NCBI GenBank assembly: GCA_047967505.1
Contig: CM106538.1
Source: Dipteris shenzhenensis
Lineage: Eukaryota
Length of the DNA stretch: 64,000 nt
Reading direction: 5' to 3' (one strand)
A program made the position numbers and the translations under genes. How positions within the stretch are numbered: position 1 is the stretch's first letter; each line of letters opens with the position of its first letter. The notes under the pieces are model-generated. The model was not told where the DNA came from and searched no databases. It saw only the letters and a list, made by a program, of their open reading frames with translations. This document shows positions 11,976 to 22,350 of this stretch, one piece after another.

Positions 11976-14900
11976 ATGGCTGATGAAACAAAGGATTCTA
12001 CTCCGGATCGTCGCGTATCCCCTATGTCCAGTTTCTTTCAAGAGTCTGACAAGCCTGTACGTATTCCCACTCTTCCTACATTTCCAGATGCTCGGCAGTT
12101 AGATGGGACCAACTATTCTCTTTGGAAAATTCAGATGGCGTCTGTATTGGAATCTTATGATCTTGCTGAGTTTGTTGATCCCGGGATCCCTCGTCCGTCA
12201 CCTAAGGAGGAGCCACATGCTTCTCTTATCTGGGATAAATTGAATGCTCGTGTACGCTCGTTCATCTTTCTCAATTGTCAACCAGGGGTTCTCAATCATA
12301 TCAAGCATCTTACTTCTGCACGTGCTATTTGGGAATTTCTTGATGGCATGTATCTTCGCGTCACACCCATGAAACGTATTTCCTTGGAAGTTCAGCTTCG
12401 TCGCCTCGATCCGACTACTTCCCCTTCCATACGGGACCACATCAACAAAATGCAGAGCATGCATCAGGACATCCTCCATGCAGGCAAGGCTATCTCCTCC
12501 GAAGATATGGCTATTACTCTCTTATCTCATGTTATTACTGACAGTCGATATGCAGCATTCTATTCTTCTCTTATTACCTCTGGCCGCCTCAGCACCATCA
12601 CTTGGGAGGAACTTGTCCCCATGATGATGGATCAGGAGGAACAGTTCACTAAAACCTCTGATGGTTCTTCTGAGGCTCTTGTGGCTCACCGTCCCAAATC
12701 ACGATCCAAGAATGCCCCGTCCTCTGCCAATAACTCATCTCCTTCAGATCCCTCCAGTGACCGTCCTGCTCCCAAAGGTAATTGCAATCACTGTGGCACT
12801 CCTGGCCATTATTGGCGCAATTGTCCCTACCGCAAACACAAACGAGCTGACGCACCCCTGGCCGCTGCGGCTGATGCTTCCCTTACCCCTACTCCTGCAT
12901 TTGTTCACCTTGAGCTCTTGAATTCGGTACCCCTTCCTGCAGCAGAGTCATTGGCTCTCCATGGCTCTGATGCTCGTGAATGGATTGTTGATAGTGGGGC
13001 CTCTCGGCATATGACCCCCTCCTCCTCACTGCTCAAGGATCTCACTCCTCATCCTGGTCGTGTCTGCATCGGTGATAAGCACTCTATTCCTGTTCATTCA
13101 GAGGGCTCTCTTGATATTATTCCTGATGGCAAAGGGGGTAAACACTCTTCTCGTGTTCTTTATGTTCCGTCTCTCGGCTTTCATCTCCTTTCGGTTCATC
13201 AGATTTGTCAAAACAATATGAAAGTTGAGTTTGAAGCGGCCTCTGTCACCATCCGCGATTGTGCCACCGGACAGCCGGTTTGGACCGACCATTCTACTAA
13301 TGGTATCTACAAGCTTGTCGCCCTTCCCTCCCTTACAGGAACCTCTCTTGGCGACCTTTGGCATTATCGGTTTGGTCATCTACACATTGATGCTCTCCAT
13401 CGTGCTTTCCGTGATCAGCTTGTCCTCGGCCTCCCTAACGTCGGCACTCGCCAAGGTCTCTGTCCCTCTTGCATATTGGGCAAACAACATCGCGAGCCGT
13501 TCGTCCATCATGCCTCTCGCCGTGCCACTGTTCCGCTTGGTCTTGTTCACCTCGACTTATGTAGCCCTATGCAGATTATGTCACTTGGGGGAGCCTCGTA
13601 CTACATGCTCCTTGTTGATGATTTCAGTCGCTATTCTTGGATCTATTTTCTTTCCCACAAGGATCTGGCTTTCAGTCGTTTCCAGACCTGGCTAGCCATG
13701 GTGGAAAAAGAATCCAATCACTCCCTCAAAATTCTTCGTGCTGATAAAGGTGGTGAATTCACCTCTCTCGAGTTTGATCGGTTCTTGAGTAGTCATGGTG
13801 TCAAACGGGAATTTGCCAACACAGGTACCCCTTCTGATAATGGCGTGGTTGAACGTAAACATCGTACCGGTGTTGAAATGGCTCGGACCATGCTCACTCA
13901 CAGTCAACTCCCTCAGTCTCTCTGGGCCGAGGCCATGATGACCGCCATCCATACTCTTAACCGCTCTCCGACATCAGCAGTCCCAGGCATGACCCCTTAT
14001 CAGGCTTACTATGGATCTAAGCCCGATGTTTCCCATTTTCGGGTATTTGGCTGTGATGCTTATGTTCATATTCCTAAATCTGATCGTGGAAAGCTTGATC
14101 CTAAGTCCCACAAGCTCTTGTTCGTAGGCTACAACTCCGTCTCCACTGGCTATCGCCTCTATGATCCTCGCCGCCGCATTATCTCCGTGAGCAGGGATGT
14201 CCTTTTCGACGAGCAGGTCCTTCCGCCATCCTCCGACTCTCCTCCTATTCTTGGAGATCCGTCCGATGCCCCGGAGCCCTCTCTCCCTCCACCTGCCTCG
14301 TCCCCCGTTACATCACCTCCTATTCTCTCTCCTCCGCCTCCTTCTCCAGCTCCACCCTCGTCTGCTCCTCCTTTGGAACCCCGCTCGGTACGTGTTCCGC
14401 GATGGCTCATTGATACTCTCCGCTCCTCCGGTCTTGAGGATCCCTACTCCGAACCACACCCTGATGATGGGCCTCGTCGCTCTCGTCGCCATCTCCCACC
14501 GTCCTCTTCTGATCCCCTTCATGTCAATTACGCCCTTATGTCTCGCATCCTCGCCACTCGTGAGCCCACTACCGTTCCTCAGGCTCTGGCCCAGCCTCAT
14601 TGGAAACAGGCTATGGAAGCGGAAATGCATGCTCTTCTTCGGAACCACACCTGGGACCTTGTCCCTCGTCCCTCACATCGTTCCGTCATTGGTGTCCGGT
14701 GGATTTTCAAAACAAAATACACCTCTGATGGTTCTGTCGACAAGGTTAAAGCTCGGCTGGTGGCTAAAGGCTATGCCCAACGACCCGGCATCGACTATGG
14801 GGAGACCTTTGCACCTACCGCCCGGATGAGCACCATCCGAACGATCCTCGCTCTTGCAGCCCACCATCAGTGGCCCATCTTTCAAATGGACGTCAAATCT

Positions 14901-16121
14901 GCATTTTTGAATGGTGATCTTCATGAAGAGGTATATGTGGATCAGCCACCTGGCTTCATTAATTCTCGTTCTCCTTTCATGGTCTGTCGCCTTCGCAAGG
15001 CCCTCTACGGTCTCAAGCAAGCTCCTCGGGCCTGGAATCAGCGTATTGATACCCTCTTCTGCCGCCAAGGACTTCTTCGCTCTCTGGCTGATCCCAATCT
15101 TTATCTTTTTCATGAAGGACAGCTTCATACCTTCATCATTCTTTATGTGGATGATTTAATCCTCACCGGGAGTCATACCAATCATATCCTTGCCATTAAA
15201 GTTGCTCTTCAAACTGAATTTGAGATGACAGACATGGGCCTTCTCCATTTTTTCTTGGGTCTTGAGATTTGGCGGACTAAGAGGGGGTATTTTGTCTCTC
15301 AGCAACGCTATGTTCACGAGCTCCTCGAAACTTTCCACATGGCTGACTGTCGGCCCATCACTTCTCCCATGGATCCCAACTCTAAACTCTCTGCTTCTGG
15401 GTCCACTGCTTATCCTGATGCCTCCCTCTACCGCCAGCTTGTTGGATCTCTTCTCTGGCTACTTAACACTCGACTGGATCTCGGCTTCTCTGTCGGCACC
15501 CTCAGTACCTTCATGCAAACCCCTTCACTTTCTCATTGGCAAGCTGCTCGACGTCTCCTCCGCTATCTTCAGGGGACCTCTACTTTCGGGCTCTTATATG
15601 CTGCCGGTGGATCCTCTCCTTCCCCACTCACTCTCCGAGGTTGGAGTGACTCCGATTGGGCTGGCGACCCCGATTCTCGCCGCTCTACCACGGGCTATGT
15701 TTTCTCCTTTGGCTCTGCGGCTATCTCCTGGTCCAGTAAACGCCAACCCACGGTCGCCCTATCTTCCACCGAGGCTGAGTATCGGGCTATGTGTAGTGCC
15801 ACCTGTGAGGCTGTGTGGCTTCGGCGCCTTCTTCTCGATTGTGGTTTTCAGCAACCCACTTCTACCACACTTTTTTGTGACAATCAAAGCTGTATTGCCC
15901 TTGCTCGCAATCCGGTTTTCCATGCTCGGACAAAACACATTGAAATTCAGTACCACTACACGCGAGAGAAGGTTCTTGACGGTACCATTGTGCTCCTATT
16001 CAGCACCACTTCCGACAACGTCGCCGACATATTTACCAAACCTGTTTCTCCTCCCCTTCTCCAACGTCATACCAGCTCTCTGGGTCTTGTGCCACACCCT
16101 AGAGCTGAGAGGGGGTGTTGA
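11976..16121 (+). CDS. Copia gag-pol polyprotein, 1381 aa
   Basis: Gag with CNHCGTPGHYWRNC knuckle, protease WIVDSGAS, integrase (WHYRFGH, CPSC, DDE), RT (ARLVAKGY, YVDD) and RNase H (SDSDWAG, TKHIEIQYHY), in copia order. Confidence 0.97.
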   Translation: MADETKDSTPDRRVSPMSSFFQESDKPVRIPTLPTFPDARQLDGTNYSLWKIQMASVLESYDLAEFVDPGIPRPSPKEEPHASLIWDKLNARVRSFIFLNCQPGVLNHIKHLTSARAIWEFLDGMYLRVTPMKRISLEVQLRRLDPTTSPSIRDHINKMQSMHQDILHAGKAISSEDMAITLLSHVITDSRYAAFYSSLITSGRLSTITWEELVPMMMDQEEQFTKTSDGSSEALVAHRPKSRSKNAPSSANNSSPSDPSSDRPAPKGNCNHCGTPGHYWRNCPYRKHKRADAPLAAAADASLTPTPAFVHLELLNSVPLPAAESLALHGSDAREWIVDSGASRHMTPSSSLLKDLTPHPGRVCIGDKHSIPVHSEGSLDIIPDGKGGKHSSRVLYVPSLGFHLLSVHQICQNNMKVEFEAASVTIRDCATGQPVWTDHSTNGIYKLVALPSLTGTSLGDLWHYRFGHLHIDALHRAFRDQLVLGLPNVGTRQGLCPSCILGKQHREPFVHHASRRATVPLGLVHLDLCSPMQIMSLGGASYYMLLVDDFSRYSWIYFLSHKDLAFSRFQTWLAMVEKESNHSLKILRADKGGEFTSLEFDRFLSSHGVKREFANTGTPSDNGVVERKHRTGVEMARTMLTHSQLPQSLWAEAMMTAIHTLNRSPTSAVPGMTPYQAYYGSKPDVSHFRVFGCDAYVHIPKSDRGKLDPKSHKLLFVGYNSVSTGYRLYDPRRRIISVSRDVLFDEQVLPPSSDSPPILGDPSDAPEPSLPPPASSPVTSPPILSPPPPSPAPPSSAPPLEPRSVRVPRWLIDTLRSSGLEDPYSEPHPDDGPRRSRRHLPPSSSDPLHVNYALMSRILATREPTTVPQALAQPHWKQAMEAEMHALLRNHTWDLVPRPSHRSVIGVRWIFKTKYTSDGSVDKVKARLVAKGYAQRPGIDYGETFAPTARMSTIRTILALAAHHQWPIFQMDVKSAFLNGDLHEEVYVDQPPGFINSRSPFMVCRLRKALYGLKQAPRAWNQRIDTLFCRQGLLRSLADPNLYLFHEGQLHTFIILYVDDLILTGSHTNHILAIKVALQTEFEMTDMGLLHFFLGLEIWRTKRGYFVSQQRYVHELLETFHMADCRPITSPMDPNSKLSASGSTAYPDASLYRQLVGSLLWLLNTRLDLGFSVGTLSTFMQTPSLSHWQAARRLLRYLQGTSTFGLLYAAGGSSPSPLTLRGWSDSDWAGDPDSRRSTTGYVFSFGSAAISWSSKRQPTVALSSTEAEYRAMCSATCEAVWLRRLLLDCGFQQPTSTTLFCDNQSCIALARNPVFHARTKHIEIQYHYTREKVLDGTIVLLFSTTSDNVADIFTKPVSPPLLQRHTSSLGLVPHPRAERGC

Positions 16122-16851
16122 GAATAGGCATCTCCAGGAGTGGCTGGCCGACCAGCTCCCACGCAGCAAGGGGGGCCAGAGGGGGTAGGCTGGCCGACCA
16201 GCCAGGCTTTGGCCGACCAACTGGTCGGCCCAGTTGGCTGACCGACCAGGCTGGTCGGTCTAGGCAATCTGGCCGACTCCCCCCTGGCCTGCCCTATAAA
16301 AGGGACTCCTTCCCTTCACTTCCTTTACCACTCCTTGCAGCTCCTCAAGGCTCCAGCACACAGCCTGCTCCTGACCATCCCCTCAGAGCCCCCTCTCAGC
16401 TGCTCAGTTGGCTGCCCACACTCCCGCAGCAGATCTTGCCTCTTCAGGGCTCTTGCCTCCTCGCTCCAGGCCTCTACAGTTCCCTTGTTCCAAGGTTCCT
16501 GCCTCTTCACCCAGGCTCCTTCAGCCTCCTCTTCTCTAGGCTCTTGCCTCCTCAGTTCAGGCTCCTCTAGCCTCTTCACTCCAGGCCCCTGCCTCTTCGT
16601 TTCAGGCTTCTCCTGCCTCCGTGCTCTCAGGCTTCAGCTTTCTTGTGCCCCCCCTTTCCTCTCCTTCAGTTCAGCCTCTCTTGCAGCTCCTGTTTTCTTA
16701 TCTTATTCAAGATATCTTGTATTTCAGTTGCTGCCCTGGTTTAAGGGCTGATTTACAGCAGATCAATTGTGGCACATTTTGTTATCTCTAGTGTTCTCTG
16801 TATGGCTCTATAATTTCAGTTTGTTTGCATCTTCCGCTGCCATTTTTAATA
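16116..16851 (+). repeat. 3' LTR of the young copia
   Basis: Preceded by the PPT and followed by TSD TGAAC. Confidence 0.95.
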
Positions 16852-19110
16852 TGAACCTGCCCAGAGGAGGTTGCGTACCAACTATCGGAGCTGCCCAATG
16901 CATCCTTTGTGAAAGCACCAGCAGGAGGCTATATACCAGGCCGTGGCAAGAGGGACTTAGTTTGCCACTAAGGCGCGACCTGTGAGGGAGAGTTTGGCCG
17001 AGCTCCAATAGAGAAGCTTGCGCCAAAAACCCTCAAGGACCGGGGCAATCTACTGCTCTGCTGTGATGTCAACACCCACGTGGCATCTGAGGTATCTCGC
17101 TGTCTGGCCACGTGGTATCCATCTGAAACCAAAGTCACTCCCCCACTCACAGATCTCCTCTGTCTCCTCAAAGCCCATGAAGAAGCCTATGGATTTCGTC
17201 CAGTTGATCCGTGCCCCCGAGGCCTCACAATAGATAGCCACGGTGCCTCTGACTCTCTCTAGACTCGCTGTGGTGCCCTCAACATACAAGGCTGTGTCAT
17301 CTGCAAACTCCAAGTCAAGGAGCTCCTCCTCCTGTCTGATTGTGAGCCTCAACCCTGTGAGACCTGCCACCTGTGATCTCAAATGGTAGTTCAGAGCCTT
17401 CGCTACAAATAAGAAGAGAAAGGGAGCTAGTGGACATCCCTGGCGGCCGAGTGAGAGAGAGAAAAGGCCTCGCCTGCGTGTCCTCTGATAAGCATCTGAC
17501 TACAGCTCCCTGCGTATAGCGCTGAAACTCCTCTGACCCATCTGTCTGAGAAACCCAATCTCCTCATAGTGCCCTCTAGGAAAGACCAATCCACCCTGTC
17601 ATAGGCCTTCTCAAAGTCCAAGAGAAGGACGGCGGCCAACGACTGTGCCTCCTCCCTAGACCAATCCACTGCCTCCCAGAACGTGAAGATGTTGTCCAAG
17701 ATGCTACGCTCATGGACAAACCCAGTCTGTGTGTCGTGGATAATGTCGGTAAGATGAGGCCGTAACCGCAAACTCAAGACCTTGGCGAGGACCTTGTATG
17801 CAGTATCAAGCAGAGTGATCGACCTCCACTGTCGGATATCTGACCTATCTCCCCCTTTCGTGATCAAACAGATCCACCCCCTGCTCAAGGACTAAGGGAG
17901 AAGGCCTATGTCAAAAATCTCCTAGCAAGCTAAACGGAAAGGGGTGGAGATAATCTCCCAGAACTTCCGGAAGAAGGCCGGAGTCAAGTCATCATCCCCC
18001 GGGCACTTCTGGGTCGGGAGCCTTAAGGGCTTCCCAGAGCTCCTCATCTTTGAAAGGCTCTTCAAGTCTGCTACATAAGTCCTGCGAGACTACTATCAGA
18101 ACGTGATCCCAAACTAGCTCTCAGGCCACAAGACCAGCTGGGGTCATTCTCTCTGTCTGAAAAAGCTGGTTGTAAAAGCCGGTGGTCATGTCAAGAATCT
18201 CCTGCGGGTCAATGTGCATGATACCCTGCGAGTCCCGGAGACGCTGTAGCTGTGTGCCTGTCGATCGGGGCCCAGTGGTCTGAAAGAACTCCTTCGTAAT
18301 CCTGCCCCCCTGCTGTACCCATCGGGCCTGGGAGGAGTGGTAGGAGAACACAGCCTGTCACAGCTCCGTGTCCTGAAGCTCGAGACGAGCGCTCTCAAAT
18401 CCATCACTAAGCCACTGAGAAGCTGGGTCCTGCTCCTAAGCCTCTCAATGGAGGCAAGGTCTCTCCTCAAAGCCCATTCGCGCTCCTGAAGGGTCCTCCT
18501 CCTAAGGGCGTGAGCCTGCAGCTCCACACTGCTCCATTGGATCGCATCGATCACCCACGCAGCCCAACCCTCACTCGGTGCCATCTCTGATTGCTCCCAG
18601 ATCTCTACCATAACCTGTTGCATCTCCTCGTCCTGCAAGAGGTCCTCTGGAATGCGGACCCCTTTCTGGGAGAGACCTTGACAGGGCTGATCCAAGTGAA
18701 GTACCACTGGAGAGTGGTCGAACATCGTGGTACCTGCCATAATCCCGGTAGATCCGCCTCTGTGTAATGCCTAGTCCCCAACATAGAAGCAGTCTAATCT
18801 CTCGAGCAATCCGTCGTGTCTCCTCTATCCAAAGGAGAAGAGAAGGCAACCAGGAGTCCTCCTGAACTCTGGCTCTCTCCACGGGTCTCTACCACTGATC
18901 ATGAAAATGAAATGCTCCCACGTACTACGCTCTGCTGCTGGCATCTCAGAGAACGAGGCGCCGCCCTGCTTGTCTTCCCCAAACTCCAGGTTGTTGAAGT
19001 CCCCTTCAACAATCCAGGAGTCAACATCCGGAAGACACTCTGACAGCCTTCTCCAAAAGGTCGGGCGGTGATGTCTACACGCTGGGGCATACATGTTTAG
19101 GATCCCAAAT
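16852..19110 (-). mobile_element. L1 LINE ORF2, EN and RT part, decayed
   Basis: YAP, GDFN and FDHSPV (EN); WRSITLLDTAYKVLAK, DFEKAYDRVDW and FADD (RT). Several frameshifts and stops. Confidence 0.9.
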
Positions 19111-19129
19111 AAAAATACATGTTACACCA

Positions 19130-19675
19130 TATATAATAATATTTTAATGTCTACTAATCATGGATTAATGATTTCTCTTCTCGTGACACTCCCTCCTGCT
19201 TGAACGGGCAGAAGTACATATGTACACCTATAGCAGTGCATAAACGGAGGGCTTTAGCCTCACTTCGCACCCGATCACACCAGCTGCAAATAGAAACAGG
19301 GGGATGGAAAAAGATGCCAAGGGAGAGTAGAATATGCCAACTATGTGATCAAGGTATGGTTGAAACAGAAGAACACATGGTAATGATATGCCCTCACTAT
19401 GCACACATTAGGGAAGAGTTCAATCACCTCCTTGAGGGACATAACAAACTGGCTGATTTGCTGCATAAAGGGTCACCTTCAGCTTTAGGAACATTTGTGT
19501 ATAAGCTCTTCAAGCATAGGAATCCACCTGAATCCTAGAAGGTGGTTTCTCTTTCCACCCTCCCATCTTCGGGAGGAGCTTTCATGTACTTGTGATATTG
19601 TATTGCCCAGGTCCCATAGGCCGGTTTTGGTCTTCAGAGGACGATAATATATTCTTCTTCTTCTTCTTCTTCTTG
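19130..19675 (+). mobile_element. 5'-truncated LINE 3' end (CCHC region, terminal hairpin, (TTC)n tail)
   Basis: LRTRSHQLQIETG...RICQLC...ETEEHMVMICP is homologous to the C-terminus of the LINE at 1-4466. Hairpin motif at 19611-19649. Confidence 0.85.
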
Positions 19676-20137
19676 TCCCTTTCGCTTACGTACGCTTTTC
19701 TCTTTTACTTCTGCATTTGCATCTCCTCTTCACAATCTACAAATAATCTTCTATTGGTAGTATGCGATCTTTTCATAATCAAAACTTAAATCTCATCTTC
19801 AAGTTCTGGTTTCTCTTGATGCTGAATATTCAAAATGCAAAAGTACCACTGCACTGCCTCTTCACTATCTCTTCATGCTCAAATCCTCTTCAGAATACCA
19901 AGCTGCTGAAATCTCTTTATAGTAACTTGCTCAATAAGATGAAACATATTCTCAACAAACTGGTCAGTATTAAAACGATTCTCTCACCCAAATATTTCAT
20001 TAAACTAGGTGGACCTTGACTATAGATGATTTTGCGACGAAGAGCTTCTTAATCTATAGAAACTATAGATCATCAATCTCTTTTTCCAACTCTTCTATTT
20101 CAGCCCTATTCATCCTATAAGATGCTCTACATGGAGG

Positions 20138-20290
20138 AGAAAGAAAGAAAGAAAGAAAGAAAGCCTATTAACGTCCACGAGAGACCAAGAGGTCTATGGG
20201 ACAACATGAAAGCCGTCTAGTACATCAGCTTAGGGAGGGCGCAGGGCAACTCCCAAGGAGTGCAAAAGCAGCTCCTTTATTGTCTGTCCA
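20138..20290 (-). mobile_element. Short 3'-end copy related to the ORF1-only element at 33000-34179
   Basis: About 120 bp align by eye with 34020-34140 (ttttgcactccttgg...ccctccctaa...gtactag...gtcccatagacc...gttaata), followed by a (TTTC)n tail. Confidence 0.8.
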
Positions 20291-21344
20291 TACTCTACAA
20301 TGAGTATGCCTACTCTCTATTCAGTTCACACATCCATACACCAGTGTTGGCTGAATGGATAGCATTTACTCTTGGTTCTATTTTCATTGTAGAAGCCTCA
20401 CCCTCCTGCTTGGATGCTTTGCCTTTTCCTTTTTTTGGCAATTTTGGTTAATAGAGTAGGACATTTAGGCCATGGATGCCCTGGCTTATGCTTCTTACAT
20501 CCGAAACATTTACCCTCCTTCATTAGCTTTTTCTTCTCATCGTCAATCATGGAAGGATATGGTATCCATCCAGAACGTGTTTGGCTATTAACAATTTGTA
20601 TAATAGCTTTCTCCTTTCCTTTGTTGAAGGGTTTACGAGGATTTAATTTCCTCTAGCAATCTCGGCCAATTTAGTGAGGCCTTTCCGTGTGGTTGGGTTG
20701 AACATTTTAATCTCATGCCTCACATTCGGACTTAGGGCTGCTAAATACTTCTTCCTTCTATCATCCTCACTCTTCTAGAACCTAGCTATAAATTCAACAT
20801 GAGACCCAACACGCAGAGAGTAGACCGATCCCCCCTCCACCGCAATACTGCAAAGAGCAAATCCAACTATCCAACACCTCCCGTGTGATAGTGGCTTCTC
20901 AGTCAGCTTGCACCCGGCAAGGGCAAACCATCACTCGTCATCCCTCCTTACTTTGAACTGGGTGGTCAATACCATCAACCAAAGTAAAAGACAATACAAT
21001 CATTTTTTGGGAGACAACCCAAGGCAAAGTACCTCTTATTGACTCCAAATACATTCAATTTAGAGGGACAACTCGAGACTCAAAACCTTTATTTGACTCA
21101 ACATAAACACACATAGCATAGGGGCCTAGAAAGCCCAACCCTGGTCAAATGGATCCTCGTCATCAAGAGAGAGGCCATGAACCTCTGCTGTAGCTGCATG
21201 TATCTCCTCTAGGGGCTCTTCAGGTTCAGCTTCGTCTTCAACCAAAAGATTGGCATGATGCTTCTCTTATTCATGTGCTTTCTTCTTGAAGCAATGGGCT
21301 TCAATGTGTCCTTTTCTCTTGCAAAACCTGCAAATAATGTTCTT

Positions 21345-21760
21345 GTTGCGTGCTTAAGCCCGGTGGTGGGTGAGTGGTGGCTAGTAAACTGCTAGCCCGG
21401 TGGAATCGTAGCCACAACAGACGTGGCTGTAATCATTCATTACCATGCACTCTAGTACTCTACTGAGCATGTGAGCCTGGTGATTGGTAATTTTTACTGC
21501 ACTCGTAGTGATCATACATGCTTAAGCCCAGTGGTGGGTGAGCGGTTGCTGGTAATTTTAACTGCCATCCCGATGGAATTGTAGCCACGACAGACGTGGC
21601 TGATGAGAGCCACCACCACCGGGCAGTAATTCCCACAAAAGTAAATCATGAAGCCTAATCACCTCTAATCCCTCATTACCATGCACTCTGAGCATGCAAG
21701 CTCGGTGACTGGTAATTTACTGCACTCGTAGTAATCATGCATGCAAGCCCAATGGTGGTA
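21345..21760. repeat. Diverged tandem duplication (about 170-240 bp units)
   Basis: The blocks gcttaagccc.gtggtgggtgag, gtagccac.acagacgtggctg and cattaccatgcactct...ctgcactcgtagt each occur twice. Confidence 0.75.
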
Positions 21761-21799
21761 ACTGAGAGCACAAACTGCATATACAGCTTCTACATCTAA

Positions 21800-22350
21800 C
21801 TTTGTCATGCAGGATGAAAAGTGCCAGGTTTGGGCACGTGAACTTTGGAAGTCTTATGCTATTGCAGAAATTTCAGATGGTGGATGCCTTGCCTCATTTA
21901 GAAGCCCCTCCTAAGCACACATGTGAGGACTGTATTCTAGGTAAAATGTATAGGTTCTCATTCCCTACGAATAGTGCAGTCCAAGCTGCAAAGAAATTGC
22001 AGCTCGTTCACAGTGATGTTTGCAGTTCTATGTGCACACAATCTCTTGAGAGTCACTTCTGTTTTGTCACTTTTCATAGATGATGTCACACGTTTTCCTT
22101 GGGTGTTTACAAAAATCAGGAGTGAACATTGTGTTGAAGCCCTGGTGGAGAATCAGTCTAGATGCAGAATACAGACTCTACATTCGATGAGAGCAGGGGA
22201 GTACATGTCCAAGGAGTTAGCAAACTTCTTGGCTGAGAAAGGCATCGAACATAAATGCACACTCCACTATACTCCTCAACATAATGGAGTAGGTGAGCGG
22301 AAGAACAAATCATTCATGGAGATGGGGAGGTGCATGATCAAGGCCAAAGT
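21800..22350 (+). mobile_element. Copia integrase fragment
   Basis: RFGHVNF, CEDCILGK, LVHSDVC and PQHNGVGERKN motifs. Confidence 0.8.

Larger units (their letters stand above)
11009..16851 (+). mobile_element. Young, structurally intact Ty1/copia LTR retrotransposon
   Basis: Two 736-bp LTRs (11009-11744, 16116-16851) with about 5 substitutions seen by eye. 5-bp TSD TGAAC (11004-11008, 16852-16856), tRNA-iMet PBS TGGTATCAGAGC (11745-11756), PPT GAGAGGGGG ending at 16115, and an uninterrupted polyprotein ORF. Confidence 0.97.

Noticed and set aside
15262-16188. 308-aa overlapping ORF and other alternate-frame or LTR ORFs in the young copia
   Set aside because: These are shadow frames of a pyrimidine-rich coding region with no recognisable motifs.
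21345-21760. Repeat-spacer pattern suggestive of CRISPR
   Set aside because: Only two long diverged units, no constant short repeat with unique spacers, no cas genes, and a eukaryotic context.
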